DNA of 64,000 bases from Nemertoderma westbladi. Taxonomy: Eukaryota > Animalia > Xenacoelomorpha. Each line of letters starts with the position of its first letter. Positions within the stretch are counted from its first letter, which is position 1. The notes beneath the pieces are model-generated. The model made no database searches. It had not been told where the DNA came from and saw only the letters and a program-made list of their open reading frames with translations. Positions 47,801 to 62,800 of this stretch are shown piece by piece. Location: the NCBI GenBank assembly GCA_032718475.1, contig JAUCBJ010009143.1, positions 186,001 through 250,000 on the forward strand, in the 5' to 3' direction. A program made the position numbers and the translations under genes.

Positions 47801-50800
47801 GATCTTCCTATTAATCTACCTTCTACTTCCGCACACTCGAAGCCTCACCACCTGGCCAGCAGCACTCCAGATTAATTTATCTTCTACTTCAACTGGGCCA
47901 CCAGATCTCCCTAGTAATCTACCTTCTACTTCCGCACACTCGAAGCCTCACCACCTGGCCAGCAGCAGTCCAGATTAATTTATCTTCTACTTCAACTGGG
48001 CCACCAGCTCTCCCTATTAATCTACCTTCTACTTCCGCACATTCGAAGCCTCACCACCTGGCCAGCAGCACTCCAGATTAATTTATCTTCTACTTCAACT
48101 GGGCCACCAGATCTCCCTATTAATCTACCTTCTACTTCCGCACACTCGAAGCCTCACCACCTGGCCAGCAGCACTCCAGATTAATTTATCTTCTACTTTA
48201 ACTGGGCCACAATATCTCCCTATTAATCTACCTTCTACTTCCGCACACTCGAAGCCTCACCACCTGGCCAGCAGCACTCCAGATTAATTTATCTTCTACT
48301 TTAACTGGGCCACAATATCTCCCTATTAATCTACCTTCTGTTTCCGCACACTCGAAGCCTCACCACCTGTCCAGCAGCACTCCAGATTAATTTATCTTCT
48401 ACTTCAACTGGGCCACCAGATCTCCCTATTAATCTACCTTCTACTTCCGCACACTCGAAGCCTCACCACCTGGCCAGCAGCACTACAGATCAATTTATCT
48501 TCTACCTCAACTGGGCCACAATATCTCCCTATTAATCTACCTTCTACTTCCGCACACTCGAAGCCTCACCACCTGGCCAGCAGCACTCCAGATTAATTTA
48601 TCTTCTACTTTAACTGGGCCACAATATCTCCCTATTAATCTACCTTCTGTTTCCGCACACTCGAAGCCTCACCACCTGTCCAGCAGCACTCCAGATTAAT
48701 TTATCTTCTACTTCAACTGGGCCACCAGATCTCCCTATTAATCTACCTTCTACTTCCGCACACTCGAAGCCTCACCACCTGGCCAGCAGCACTACAGATT
48801 AATTTATCTTCTACCTCAACTGGGCCACAATATCTCCCTATTAATCTACCTTCTACTTCCGCACACTCGAAGCCTCACCACCTGGCCAGCAGCACTCCAG
48901 ATTAATTTATCTTCTACTTCAACTGGGCCACCAGATCTCCCTATTAATCTACCTTCTACTTCCGCACACTCGAGGCCTCACCACCTGGCCAGCAGCACTC
49001 CAGATTAATTTATCTTCTACTTCAACTGGGCCACCAGATCTCCCTATTAATCTACCTTCTACTTCCGCACCCTCGAAGCCTCACCACCTGGCCAGCAGCA
49101 CTCCAGATTAATTTATCTTCTACTTCAACTGGGCCACCAGATCTCCCGATTAATCTAACTTCTACTTCCGCACACTCGAAGCCTCACCACCTGGCCAGCA
49201 GCACTCCAGATTAATTTATCTTCTACTTCAACTGGGCCACCAGATCTCCCTATTAATCTACCTTCTACTTCCGCACACTCGAAGCCTCATCACCTGGCCA
49301 GCAGCACTCCAGATTAATTTATCTTTTACTTCAACTGGGCCACCAGATCTCCCTATTAATCTACATTCTGCTTCCTCGAAGCCTCACCACCTGGCCAGCA
49401 GCACTCTAGATTAATTTATCTTCTACTTCAACTGGGCCACCAGATCTCCCCATTAATCTACCTTCTACTTCCACACACTCGAAGCCTCACCACCTGGCCA
49501 GCAGCACTCCAGATTAATTTATCTTCTACTTCAACTGGGCCACCAGATCTCCCTATTAATCTACCTTCTACTTCCGCACACTCGAAGCCTCACCACCTGG
49601 CCAGCAGCACTCCAGATTAATTTATCTTCTACTTCAACTGGGCCACCAGATCTCCCTATTAATCTAACTTCTACTTCCGCACACTCGAAGCCTCACCACC
49701 TGGCCAGCAGCACTCCAGATTAATTTATCTTCTACTTCAACTGGGCCACCAGATCTCCCTATTAATCTACCTTCTACTTCCGCACACTCGAAGCCTCATC
49801 ACCTGGCCAGCAGCACTCCAGATTAATTTATCTTTTACTTCAACTGGGCCACCAGATCTCCCTATTAATCTACCTTCTACTTCGGCACACTCGAAGCCTC
49901 ACCACCTGGCCAGCAGCACTCCAGATTAATTTATCTTCTACTTCAACTGGGCCACCAGATCTCAATATTATTCTACCTTCTACTTTCGCACACTCGAAGC
50001 CTCACCACCCGGCCAGCGGCACTCCAGATTAATTTATATTTTACTTCAAATGGGCCACCAGATCTCCCTATTAATCTACCTTCTACTTCCGCACACTCGA
50101 AGCCTCACCACCTGGCCAGCAGCACTCCAGATTAATTTATCTTCTACTTCAACTGGGCCACAATATCTCCCTATTAATCTACCTTCTACTTCCGCACACT
50201 CGAGGCCTCACCACCTGGCCAGCAGCACTCCAGATTAATTTATCTTCTACTTCAACTGGGCCACTATATCTCCCTATTAATCTACCTTCTACTTCCGCAC
50301 ACTCGAAGCCTCACCACCTGGCCAGCAGCACTCCAGATTAATTTATCTTCTACTTCAACTGGGCCACCAGATCTCCCTATTAATCTACCTTCTACTTCCG
50401 CACACTCGAAGCCTCACCACCTGGCCAGCAGCACTCCAGATTAATTTATCTTCTACTCCAACTGGGCCACCAGATCTCCCAATTAATCCAACTTCTACTT
50501 CCGCACACTCGAAGCCTCATCAACTGGGCCAGCAGCACTCCAGATTAATTTATCTTCTACTTCAACTGGGCCTCCAGATCTCCCGATTAATCCAACTTCT
50601 ACTTCCGCACACTCGAAGCCTCACCACCTGGCCAGCAGCACTCCAGATTAATTTATCTTCTACTTCAACTGGGCCACCAGATCTCCCGATTAATCCAACT
50701 TCTACTTCCGCACACTCGAAGCCTCACCACCTGGCCAGCAGCACTCCAGATTAATTTATCTTCTACTTCAACTGGGCCACCAGATCTCCCGATTAATCCA

Positions 50801-53800
50801 ACTTCTACTTCCGCACACTCGAAGCCTCACCACCTGGCCAGCAGCACTCCAGATTAATTTATCTTCTACTTCAACTGGGCCACCAGATCTCCCGATTAAT
50901 CCAACTTCTACTTCCGCACACTCGAAGCCTCACCACCTGGCCAGCAGCACTCCAGATTAATTTATCTTCTACTTCAACTGGGCCACCAGATCTCCCTATT
51001 AATCTACCTTCTACTTCCGCACACTCGAAGCCTCACCACATGGCCAGCAGCACTCCAGATTAATTTATCTTCTACTTCAACTGGGCCACCAGATCTCCCG
51101 ATTAATCCAACTTCTACTTCCGCACACTCGAAGCCTCACCACCTGGCCAGCAGCACTCCAGATTAATTTATCTTCTACTTCAACTGGGCCACCAGATCTC
51201 CCGATTAATCCAACTTCTACTTCCGCACACTCGAAGCCTCACCACCTGGCCAGCAGCACTCCAGATTAATTTATCTTCTACTTCAACTGGGCCACCAGAT
51301 CTCCCGATTAATCCAACTTCTACTTCCGCACACTCGAAGCCTCACCACCTGGCCAGCAGCACTCCAGATTAATTTATCTTCTACTTCAACTGGGCCACCA
51401 GATCTCCCTATTAATCCAACTTCTACTTCCGCACACTCGAAGCCTCATCAACTGGGCCAGCAGCACTCCAGATTAATTTATCTTCTACTTCAACTGGGCC
51501 ACCAGATCTCCCGATTAATCCAACTTCTACTTCCGCACACTCGAAGCCTCACCACCTGGCCAGCAGCACTCCAGATTAATTTATCTTCTACTTCAACTGG
51601 GCCACCAGATCTCCCGATTAATCCAACTTCTACTTCCGCACACTCGAAGCCTCACCACCTGGCCAGCAGCACTCCAGATTAATTTATCTTCTACTTCAAC
51701 TGGGCCACCAGATCTCCCGATTAATCCAACTTCTACTTCCGCACACTCGAAGCCTCTCCACCTGGCCAGCAGCACTCCAGATTAATTTATCTTCTACTTC
51801 AACTGGGCCACCAGATCTCCCGATTAATCCAACTTCTACTTCCGCACACTCGAAGCCTCACCACCTGGCCAGCAGCACTCCAGATTAATTTATCTTCTAC
51901 TTCAACTGGGCCACCAGATCTCCCTATTAATCCAACTTCTACTTCCGCACACTCGAAGCCTCATCAACTGGGCCAGCAGCACTCCAGATTAATTTATCTT
52001 CTACTTCAACTGGGCCACCAGATCTCCCGATTAATCCAACTTCTACTTCCGCACACTCGAAGCCTCACCACCTGGCCAGCAGCACTCCAGATTAATTTAT
52101 CTTCTACTTCAACTGGGCCACCAGATCTCCCGATTAATCCAACTTCTACTTCCGTACACTCGAAGCCTCACCACCTGGCCAGCAGCACTCCAGATTAATT
52201 TATCTTCTACTTCAACTGGGCCACCAGATCTCCCTATTAATCTACCTTCTACTTCCGCACACTCGAAGCCTCACCACCTGGCCAGCAGCACTCCAGATTA
52301 ATTTATCTTCTACTTCAACTGGGCCACCAGATCTCCCTATTAATCTACCTTCTACTTCCGCACACTCGAAGCCTCACCACCTGGCCAGCAGCACTCCAGA
52401 TTAATTTATCTTCTACTTCAACTGGGCCACCAGATCTCCCGATTAATCCAACTTCTACTTCCGCACACTCGAAGCCTCACCACCTGGCCAGCAGCACTCC
52501 AGATTAATTTATCTTCTACTTCAACTGGGCCACCAGATCTCCCTATTAATCCAACTTCTACTTCCGCACACTCGAAGCCTCACCACCTGGCCAGCAGCAC
52601 TCCAGATTAATTTATCTTCTACTTCAACTGGGCCACCAGATCTCCCGATTAATCCAACTTCTACTTCCGCACACTCGAAGCCTCACCACCTGGCCAGCAG
52701 CACTCCAGATTAATTTATCTTCTACTTCAACTGGGCCACCAGATCTCCCGATTAATCCAACTTCTACTTCCGCACACTCGAAGCCTCACCACCTGGCCAG
52801 CAGCACTCCAGATTAATTTATCTTCTACTTCAACTGGGCCACCAGATCTCCCGATTAATCCAACTTCTACTTCCGCACACTCGAAGCCTCTCCACCTGGC
52901 CAGCAGCACTCCAGATTAATTTATCTTCTACTTCAACTGGGCCACCAGATCTCCCTATTAATCTACCTTCTACTTCCGCACACTCGAAGCCTCACCACCT
53001 GGCCAGCAGCACTCCAGATTAATTTATCTTCTACTTCAACTGGGCCACCAGATCTCCCTATTAATCCAACTTCTACTTCCGCACACTCGAAGCCTCATCA
53101 ACTGGGCCAGCAGCACTCCAGATTAATTTATCTTCTACTTCAACTGGGCCACCAGATCTCCCTATTAATCCAACTTCTACTTCCGCACACTCAAAGCCTC
53201 ACCACCTGGCCAGCAATACTCCAGATTAATTTATCTTCTACTTCAACTGGGCCACCAGATCTCCCGATTAATCCAACTTCTACTTCCGCACACTCGAAGC
53301 CTTACCATCTGGCCAGCAGCACTCCAGATTAATTTATCTTCTACTTCAACTGGGCCACCAGATCTCCCTATTAATCCAACTTCTACTTCCGCACACTCGA
53401 AGCCTCATCAACTGGGCCAGCAGCACTCCAGTTTAATTTATCTTCTACTTCAACTGGGCCACCAGATCTCCCGATTAATCCAACTTCTACTTCCGCACAC
53501 TCGAAGCCTCACCACCTGGCCAGCAGCACTCCAGATTAATTTCTCTTCTACTTCAATTGGGCCACCAGATCTCCCTATTAATCTACCTTCTACTTCCGCA
53601 CACCCGAAGCCTCACCACCTGGCCAGCAGCACTCCAGATTAATTTATCTTCTACTTCAACTGGGCCACCAGATCTCCCTATTAATCTACCTTCTACTTCC
53701 GCACACTCGAAGCCTCACCACCTGGCCAGCAGCACTCCAGATTAATTTATCTTCTACTTCAACTGGGCCGCCAGATCTCCCTATTAATCTACCTTCTACT

Positions 53801-56800
53801 TCCGCACACTCGAAGCCTCACCACCTGGCCAGCATCACTCCAGATTAATTTATCTTCTACTTCAACTGGGCCACCAGATCTCCCTATTAATCTACCTTCT
53901 ACTTCCGCACACTCGAAGCCTCACCACCTGGCCAGCAGCACTCCAGATTAATTTATCTTCTACTTCAACTGGGCCACCAGATCTCCCGATTAATCCAACT
54001 TCTACTTCCGCACACTCGAAGCCTCACCACCTGGCCAGCAGCACTCCAGATTAATTTATCTTCTACTTCAACTGGGCCACCAGATCTCCCGATTAATCCA
54101 ACTTCTACTTCCGAACACTCGAAGCCTCACCACCTGGCCAGCAGCACTCCAGATTAATTTATCTTCTACTTCAACTGGGCCACCAGATCTCCCTATTAAT
54201 CTACCTTCTACTTCCGCACACTCGAAGCCTCACCACCTGGCCAGCATCACTCCAGATTAATTTATCTTCTACTTCAACTGGGCCACCAGCTCTCCCGATT
54301 AATCCAACTTCTACTTCCGCACACTCGAAGCCTCTCCACCTGGCCAGCAGCACTCCAGATTAATTTATCTTCTACTTCAACTGGGCCACCAGATCTCCCT
54401 ATTAATCTACCTTCTACTTCCGCACACTCGAAGCCTCACCACCTGGCCAGCATCACTCCAGATTAATTTATCTTCTACTTCAACTGGGCCACCAGATCTC
54501 CCTATTAATCTACCTTCTACTTCCGCACACTCGAAGCCTCACCACCTGGCCAGCATCACTCCAGATTAATTTATCTTCTACTTCAACTGGGCCACCAGAT
54601 CTCCCTATTAATCTACCTTCTACTTCCGCACACTCGAAGCCTCACCACCTGGCCAGCAGCACTCCAGATTAATTTATCTTCTACTTCAACTGGGCCACCA
54701 GATCTCCCTATTAATCTACCTTCTACTTCCGCACACTCGAAGCCTCACCACCTGGCCAGCATCACTCCAGATTAATTTATCTTCTACTTCAACTGGGCCA
54801 CCAGATCTCCCGATTAATCCAACTTCTACTTCCGCACACTCGAAGCCTCTCCACCTGGCCAGCAGCACTCCAGATTAATTTATCTTCTACTTCAACTGGG
54901 CCACCAGATCTCCCTATTAATCTACCTTCTACTTCCGCACACTCGAAGCCTCACCACCTGGCCAGCAGCACTCCAGATTAATTTATCTTCTACTTCAACT
55001 GGGCCACCAGATCTCCCTATTAATCTACCTTCTACTTCCGCACACTCGAAGCCTCACCACCTGGCCAGCAGCACTCCAGATTAATTTATCTTCTACTTCA
55101 ACTGGGCCACCAGATCTCCCTATTAATCTACCTTCTACTTCCGCACACTCGAAGCCTCACCACCTGGCCAGCAGCACTCCAGATTAATTTATCTTCTACT
55201 TCAACTGGGCCACCAGATCTCCCTATTAATCTACCTTCTACTTCCGCACACTCGAAGCCTCACCACCTGGCCAGCAGCACTCCAGATTAATTTATCTTCT
55301 ACTTCAACTGGGCCACCAGATCTCCCAATTAATCCAACTTCTACTTCCGCACACTCGAAGCCTCATCAACTGGGCCAGCAGCACTCCAGATTAATTTATC
55401 TTCTACTTCAACTGGGCCTCCAGATCTCCCGATTAATCCAACTTCTACTTCCGCACACTCGAAGCCTCACCACCTGGCCAGCAGCACTCCAGATTAATTT
55501 ATCTTCTACTTCAACTGGGCCACCAGATCTCCCGATTAATCCAACTTCTACTTCCGCACACTCGAAGCCTCACCACCTGGCCAGCAGCACTCCAGATTAA
55601 TTTATCTTCTACTTCAACTGGGCCACCAGATCTCCCGATTAATCCAACTTCTACTTCCGCACACTCGAAGCCTCACCACCTGGCCAGCAGCACTCCAGAT
55701 TAATTTATCTTCTACTTCAACTGGGCCACCAGATCTCCCTATTAATCTACCTTCTACTTCCGCACACTCGAAGCCTCACCACCTGGCCAGCAGCACTCCA
55801 GATTAATTTATCTTCTACTTCAACTGGGCCACCAGATCTCCCGATTAATCCAACTTCTACTTCCGCACACTCGAAGCCTCTCCACCTGGCCAGCAGCACT
55901 CCAGATTAATTTATCTTCTACTTCAACTGGGCCACCAGATCTCCCTATTAATCTACCTTCTACTTCCGCACACTCGAAGCCTCACCACCTGGCCAGCAGC
56001 ACTCCAGATTAATTTATCTTCTACTTCAACTGGGCCACCAGATCTCCCTATTAATCTACCTTCTACTTCCGCACACTCGAAGCCTCACCACCTGGCCAGC
56101 AGCACTCCAGATTAATTTATCTTCTACTTCAACTGGGCCACCAGATCTCCCTATTAATCTACCTTCTACTTCCGCACACTCGAAGCCTCACCACCTGGCC
56201 AGCAGCACTCCAGATTAATTTATCTTCTACTTCAACTGGGCCACCAGATCTCCCTATTAATCTACCTTCTACTTCCGCACACTCGAAGCCTCACCACCTG
56301 GCCAGCAGCACTCCAGATTAATTTATCTTCTACTTCAACTGGGCCACCAGATCTCCCTATTAATCTACCTTCTACTTCCGCACACTCGAAGCCTCACCAC
56401 CTGGCCAGCAGCACTCCAGATTAATTTATCTTCTACTTCAACTGGGCCACCAGATCTCCCGATTAATCCAACTTCTACTTCCGCACACTCGAAGCCTCAC
56501 CACCTGGCCAGCAGCACTCCAGATTAATTTATCTTCTACTTCAACTGGGCCACCAGATCTCCCTATTAATCTACCTTCTACTTCCGCACACTCGAAGCCT
56601 CACCACCTGGCCAGCAGCACTCCAGATTAATTTATCTTCTACTTCAACTGGGCCACCAGATCTCCCTATTAATCTACCTTCTACTTCCGCACACTCGAAG
56701 CCTCACCACCTGGCCAGCAGCACTCCAGATTAATTTATCTTCTACTTCAACTGGGCCACCAGATCTCCCTATTAATCTACCTTCTACTTCCGCACACTCG

Positions 56801-59800
56801 AAGCCTCACCACCTGGCCAGCAGCACTCCAGATTAATTTATCTTCTACTTCAACTGGGCCACCAGATCTCCCTATTAATCTACCTTCTACTTCCGCACAC
56901 TCGAAGCCTCACCACCTGGCCAGCAGCACTCCAGATTAATTTATCTTCTACTTCAACTGGGCCACCAGATCTCCCTATTAATCCAACTTCTACTTCCGCA
57001 CACTCGAAGCCTCACCACCTGGCCAGCAGCACTCCAGATTAATTTATCTTCTACTTCAACTGGGCCACCAGATCTCCCAATTAATCCAACTTCTACTTCC
57101 GCACACTCGAAGCCTCACCACCTGGCCAGCAGCACTCCAGATTAATTTATCTTCTACTTCAACTGGGCCACCAGATCTCCCTATTAATCTACCTTCTACT
57201 TCCGCACACTCGAAGCCTCACCACCTGGCCAGCAGCACTCCAGATTAATTTATCTTCTACTTCAACTGGGCCACCAGATCTCCCTATTAATCCAACTTCT
57301 ACTTCCGCACACTCGAAGCCTCACCACCTGGCCAGCAGCACTCCAGATTAATTTATCTTCTACTTCAACTGGGCCACCAGATCTCCCTATTAATCCAACT
57401 TCTACTTCCGCACACTCGAAGCCTCACCACCTGGCCAGCAGCACTCCAGATTAATTTATCTTCTACTTCAACTGGGCCACCAGATCTCCCTATTAATCTA
57501 CCTTCTACTTCCGCACACTCGAAGCCTCACCACCTGGCCAGCAGCACTCCAGATTAATTTATCTTCTACTTCAACTGGGCCACCAGATCTCCCAATTAAT
57601 CCAACTTCTACTTCCGCACACTCGAAGCCTCACCACCTGGCCAGCAGCACTCCAGATTAATTTATCTTCTACTTCAACTGGGCCACCAGATCTCCCAATT
57701 AATCCAACTTCTACTTCCGCACACTCGAAGCCTCACCACCTGGCCAGCAGCACTCCAGATTAATTTATCTTCTACTTCAACTGGGCCACCAGATCTCCCT
57801 ATTAATCTACCTTCTACTTCCGCACACTCGAAGCCTCACCACCTGGCCAGCAGCACTCCAGATTAATTTATCTTCTACTTCAACTGGGCCACCAGATCTC
57901 CCTATTAATCTACCTTCTACTTCCGCACACTCGAAGCCTCACCACCTGGCCAGCAGCACTCCAGATTAATTTATCTTCTACTTCAACTGGGCCACCAGAT
58001 CTCCCTATTAATCTACCTTCTACTTCCGCACACTCGAAGCCTCACCACCTGGCCAGCAGCACTCCAGATTAATTTATCTTCTACTTCAACTGGGCCACCA
58101 GATCTCCCTATTAATCCACCTTCTACTTCCGCACACTCGAAGCCTCACCACCTGGCCAGCAGCACTCCAGATTAATTTATCTTCTACTTCAACTGGGCCA
58201 CCAGATCTCCCAATTAATCCAACTTCTACTTCCGCACACTCGAAGCCTCACCACCTGGCCAGCAGCACTCCAGATTAATTTATCTTCTACTTCAACTGGG
58301 CCACCAGATCTCCCTATTAATCTACCTTCTACTTCCGCACACTCGAAGCCTCACCACCTGGCCAGCAGCACTCCAGATTAATTTATCTTCTACTTCAACT
58401 GGGCCACCAGATCTCCCAATTAATCCAACTTCTACTTCCGCACACTCGAAGCCTCACCACCTGGCCAGCAGCACTCCAGATTAATTTATCTTCTACTTCA
58501 ACTGGGCCACCAGATCTCCCTATTAATCTACCTTCTACTTCCGCACACTCGAAGCCTCACCACCTGGCCAGCAGCACTCCAGATTAATTTATCTTCTACT
58601 TCAACTGGGCCACCAGATCTCCCTATTAATCTACCTTCTACTTCCGCACACTCGAAGCCTCACCACCTGGCCAGCAGCACTCCAGATTAATTTATCTTCT
58701 ACTTCAACTGGGCCACCAGATCTCCCAATTAATCCAACTTCTACTTCCGCACACTCGAAGCCTCACCACCTGGCCAGCAGCACTCCAGATTAATTTATCT
58801 TCTACTTCAACTGGGCCACCAGATCTCCCTATTAATCTACCTTCTACTTCCGCACACTCGAAGCCTCACCACCTGGCCAGCAGCACTCCAGATTAATTTA
58901 TCTTCTACTTCAACTGGGCCACCAGATCTCCCTATTAATCTACCTTCTACTTCCGCACACTCGAAGCCTCACCACCTGGCCAGCAGCACTCCAGATTAAT
59001 TTATCTTCTACTTCAACTGGGCCACCAGATCTCCCAATTAATCCAACTTCTACTTCCGCACACTCGAAGCCTCACCACCTGGCCAGCAGCACTCCAGATT
59101 AATTTATCTTCTACTTCAACTGGGCCACCAGATCTCCCTATTAATCTACCTTCTACTTCCGCACACTCGAAGCCTCACCACCTGGCCAGCAGCACTCCAG
59201 ATTAATTTATCTTCTACTTCAACTGGGCCACCAGATCTCCCAATTAATCCAACTTCTACTTCCGCACACTCGAAGCCTCACCACCTGGCCAGCAGCACTC
59301 CAGATTAATTTATCTTCTACTTCAACTGGGCCACCAGATCTCCCTATTAATCTACCTTCTACTTCCGCACACTCGAAGCCTCACCACCTGGCCAGCAGCA
59401 CTCCAGATTAATTTATCTTCTACTTCAACTGGGCCACCAGATCTCCCTATTAATCTACCTTCTACTTCCGCACACTCGAAGCCTCACCACCTGGCCAGCA
59501 GCACTCCAGATTAATTTATCTTCTACTTCAACTGGGCCACCAGATCTCCCAATTAATCCAACTTCTACTTCCGCACACTCGAAGCCTCATCAACTGGGCC
59601 AGCAGCACTCCAGATTAATTTATCTTCTACTTCAACTGGGGCTCTAGATCTCCCGATTAATCCAACTTCTACTTCCGCACACTCGAAGCCTCACCACCTG
59701 GCCAGCAGCACTCCAGATTAATTTATCTTCTACTTCAACTGGGCCACCAGATCTCCCGATTAATCCAACTTCTACTTCCGCACACTCGAAGCCTCACCAC

Positions 59801-62800
59801 CTGGCCAGCAGCACTCCAGATTAATTTATCTTCTACTTCAACTGGGCCACCAGATCTCCCGATTAATCCAACTTCTACTTCCGCACACTCGAAGCCTCAC
59901 CACCTGGCCAGCAGCACTCCAGATTAATTTATCTTCTACTTCAACTGGGCCACCAGATCTCCCTATTAATCCAACTTCTACTTCCGCACACTCGAAGCCT
60001 CATCAACTGGGCCAGCAGCACTCCAGATTAATTTATCTTCTACTTCAACTGGGCCACCAGCTCCCTATTAATCTACCTTCTACTTCCGCACACTCGAAGC
60101 CTCACCACCTGGCCAGCAGTACTCCAGATTAATTTATCTTCTACTTCAACTGGGCCACCAGATCTCCCTATTAATCTACCTTCTACATCCGCACACTCGA
60201 AGCCGTACCACCTGGCCAGCAGCACTTCAGATTAATTTATCTTCTACTTCAACTGGGCCACCAGATCTCCCTATTAATCTACCTTCTACTTCCGCACACT
60301 CAAAGCCTCACCACCTGGCCAGCAGCACTCCAGATTAATTTATTTTCTACTTCAAATGGGCCATCAGATCTCCCGATTAATCCAACTTCTACTTCCGCAC
60401 ACTCGAAGCCTCACCACCTGGCCAGCAGCACCCCAGATTAATTTATCTTCTACTTCAACTGGGCCACCAGATCTCCCGATTAATCCAACTTCTACTTCCG
60501 CACACTCAAAGCCTCACCACCTGGCCAGCAATACTCCAGATTAATTTATCTTCTACTTCAACTGGGCCACCAGATCTCCCGATTAATCCAACTTCTACTT
60601 CCGCACACTCGAAGCCTCACCACCTGGCCAGCAGCACTCCAGATTAATTTATCTTCTACTTCAACTGGGCCACCAGATCTCCCTATTAATCCAACTTCTA
60701 CTTCCGCACACTCAAAGCCTCACCACCTGGCCAGCAATACTCCAGATTAATTTATCTTCTACTTCAACTGGGCCACCAGATCTCCCGATTAATCCAACTT
60801 CTACTTCCGCACACTCGAAGCCTTACCATCTGGCCAGCAGCACTCCAGATTAATTTATCTTCTACTTCAACTGGGCCACCAGATCTCCCGATTAATCCAA
60901 CTTCTACTTCTGCACACTCGAAGCCTCATCAACTGGCCAGCAGCACTCCAGATTAATTTATCTTCTACTTCAACTGGGCCACCAGATCTCCCTATTAATC
61001 CAACTTCTACTTCCGCACACTCGAAGCCTCACCACCTGGCCAGCAGCACTCCAGATTAATTTATCTTCTACTTCAACTGGGCCACCAGATCTCCCGATTA
61101 ATCCAACTTCTACTTCCGCACACTCGAAGCCTCACCACCTGGCCAGCAGCACTCCAGATTAATTTATCTTCTACTTCAACTGGGCCACCAGATCTCCCGA
61201 TTAATCCAACTTCTACTTCCGCACACTCGAAGCCTCACCATTTGGCCAGCAGCACTCCAGATTAATTTATCTTCTACTTCAACTGGGCCACCAGATCTCC
61301 CGATTAATCCAACTTCTACTTCCGCACACTCGAAGCCTTACCACCTGGCCAGCAGCACTCCAGATTAATTTATCTTCTACTTCAACTGGGCCACCAGATC
61401 TCCCGATTAATCCAACTTCTACTTCCGCACACTCAAAGCCTCACCACCTGGCCAGCAGCACTCCAGATTAATTTAACTTCTACTTCAACTGGGCCACCAG
61501 ATCTCCCGATTAATCCAACTTCTACTTCCGCACACTCGAAGCCTCACCACCTGGCCAGCAGCACTCCAGATTAATTTATCTTCTACTTCAACTGGGCCAC
61601 CAGATCTCCCTATTAATCTACCTTCTACTTCCGCACACTCGAAGCCTCACCACCTGGCCAGCATCACTCCAGATTAATTTATCTTCTACTTCAACTGAGC
61701 CACCAGATCTCCCGATTAATCCAACTTCTACTTCCGCACACTCGAAGCCTCACCACCTGGCCAGCAGCACTCCAGATTAATTTATCTTCTACTTCAACTG
61801 GGCCACCAGATCTCCCTATTAATCTACCTTCTACTTCCGCACACTCGAAGCCTCACCACCTGGCCAGCATCACTCCAGATTAATTTATCTTCTACTTCAA
61901 CTGGGCCACCAGATCTCCCGATTAATCCAACTTCTACTTCCGCACACTCGAAGCCTCACCACCTGGCCAGCAGCACTCCAGATTAATTTATCTTCTACTT
62001 CAACTGGGCCACCAGATCTCCCGATTAATCCAACTTCTACTTCCGCACACTCGAAGCCTTACCACCTGGCCAGCAGCACTCCAGATTAATTTATCTTCTA
62101 CTTCAACTGGGCCACCAGATCTCCCGATTAATCCAACTTCTACTTCCGCACACTCAAAGCCTCACCACCTGGCCAGCAGCACTCCAGATTAATTTATCTT
62201 CTACTTCAACTGGGCCACCAGATCTCCCGATTAATCCAACTTCTACTTCCGCACACTCAAAGCCTCACCACCTGGCCAGCAGCACTCCAGATTAATTTAA
62301 CTTCTACTTCAACTGGGCCACCAGATCTCCCGATTAATCCAACTTCTACTTCCGCACACTCGAAGCCTCACCACCTGGCCAGCAGCACTCCAGATTAATT
62401 TATCTTCTACTTCAACTGGGCCACCAGATCTCCCTATTAATCTACCTTCTACTTCCGCACACTCGAAGCCTCACCACCTGGCCAGCATCACTCCAGATTA
62501 ATTTATCTTCTACTTCAACTGAGCCACCAGATCTCCCGATTAATCCAACTTCTACTTCCGCACACTCGAAGCCTCACCACCTGGCCAGCAGCACTCCAGA
62601 TTAATTTATCTTCTACTTCAACTGGGCCACCAGATCTCCCTATTAATCTACCTTCTACTTCCGCACACTCGAAGCCTCACCACCTGGCCAGCATCACTCC
62701 AGATTAATTTATCTTCTACTTCATCTGGGCCACCAGATCTCCCGATTAATCCAACTTCTACTTCCGCACACTCGAAGCCTCACCACCTGGCCAGCAGCAC

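Noticed and set aside
17764-60544. Many 60-62-aa ORFs (MGHQISLLIYLLL..., MLLARWRG...)
   Set aside because: They are translations of the satellite, created when a point variant yields a start codon. The 103-bp period is not a multiple of 3 and stops recur in every 309-bp cycle.
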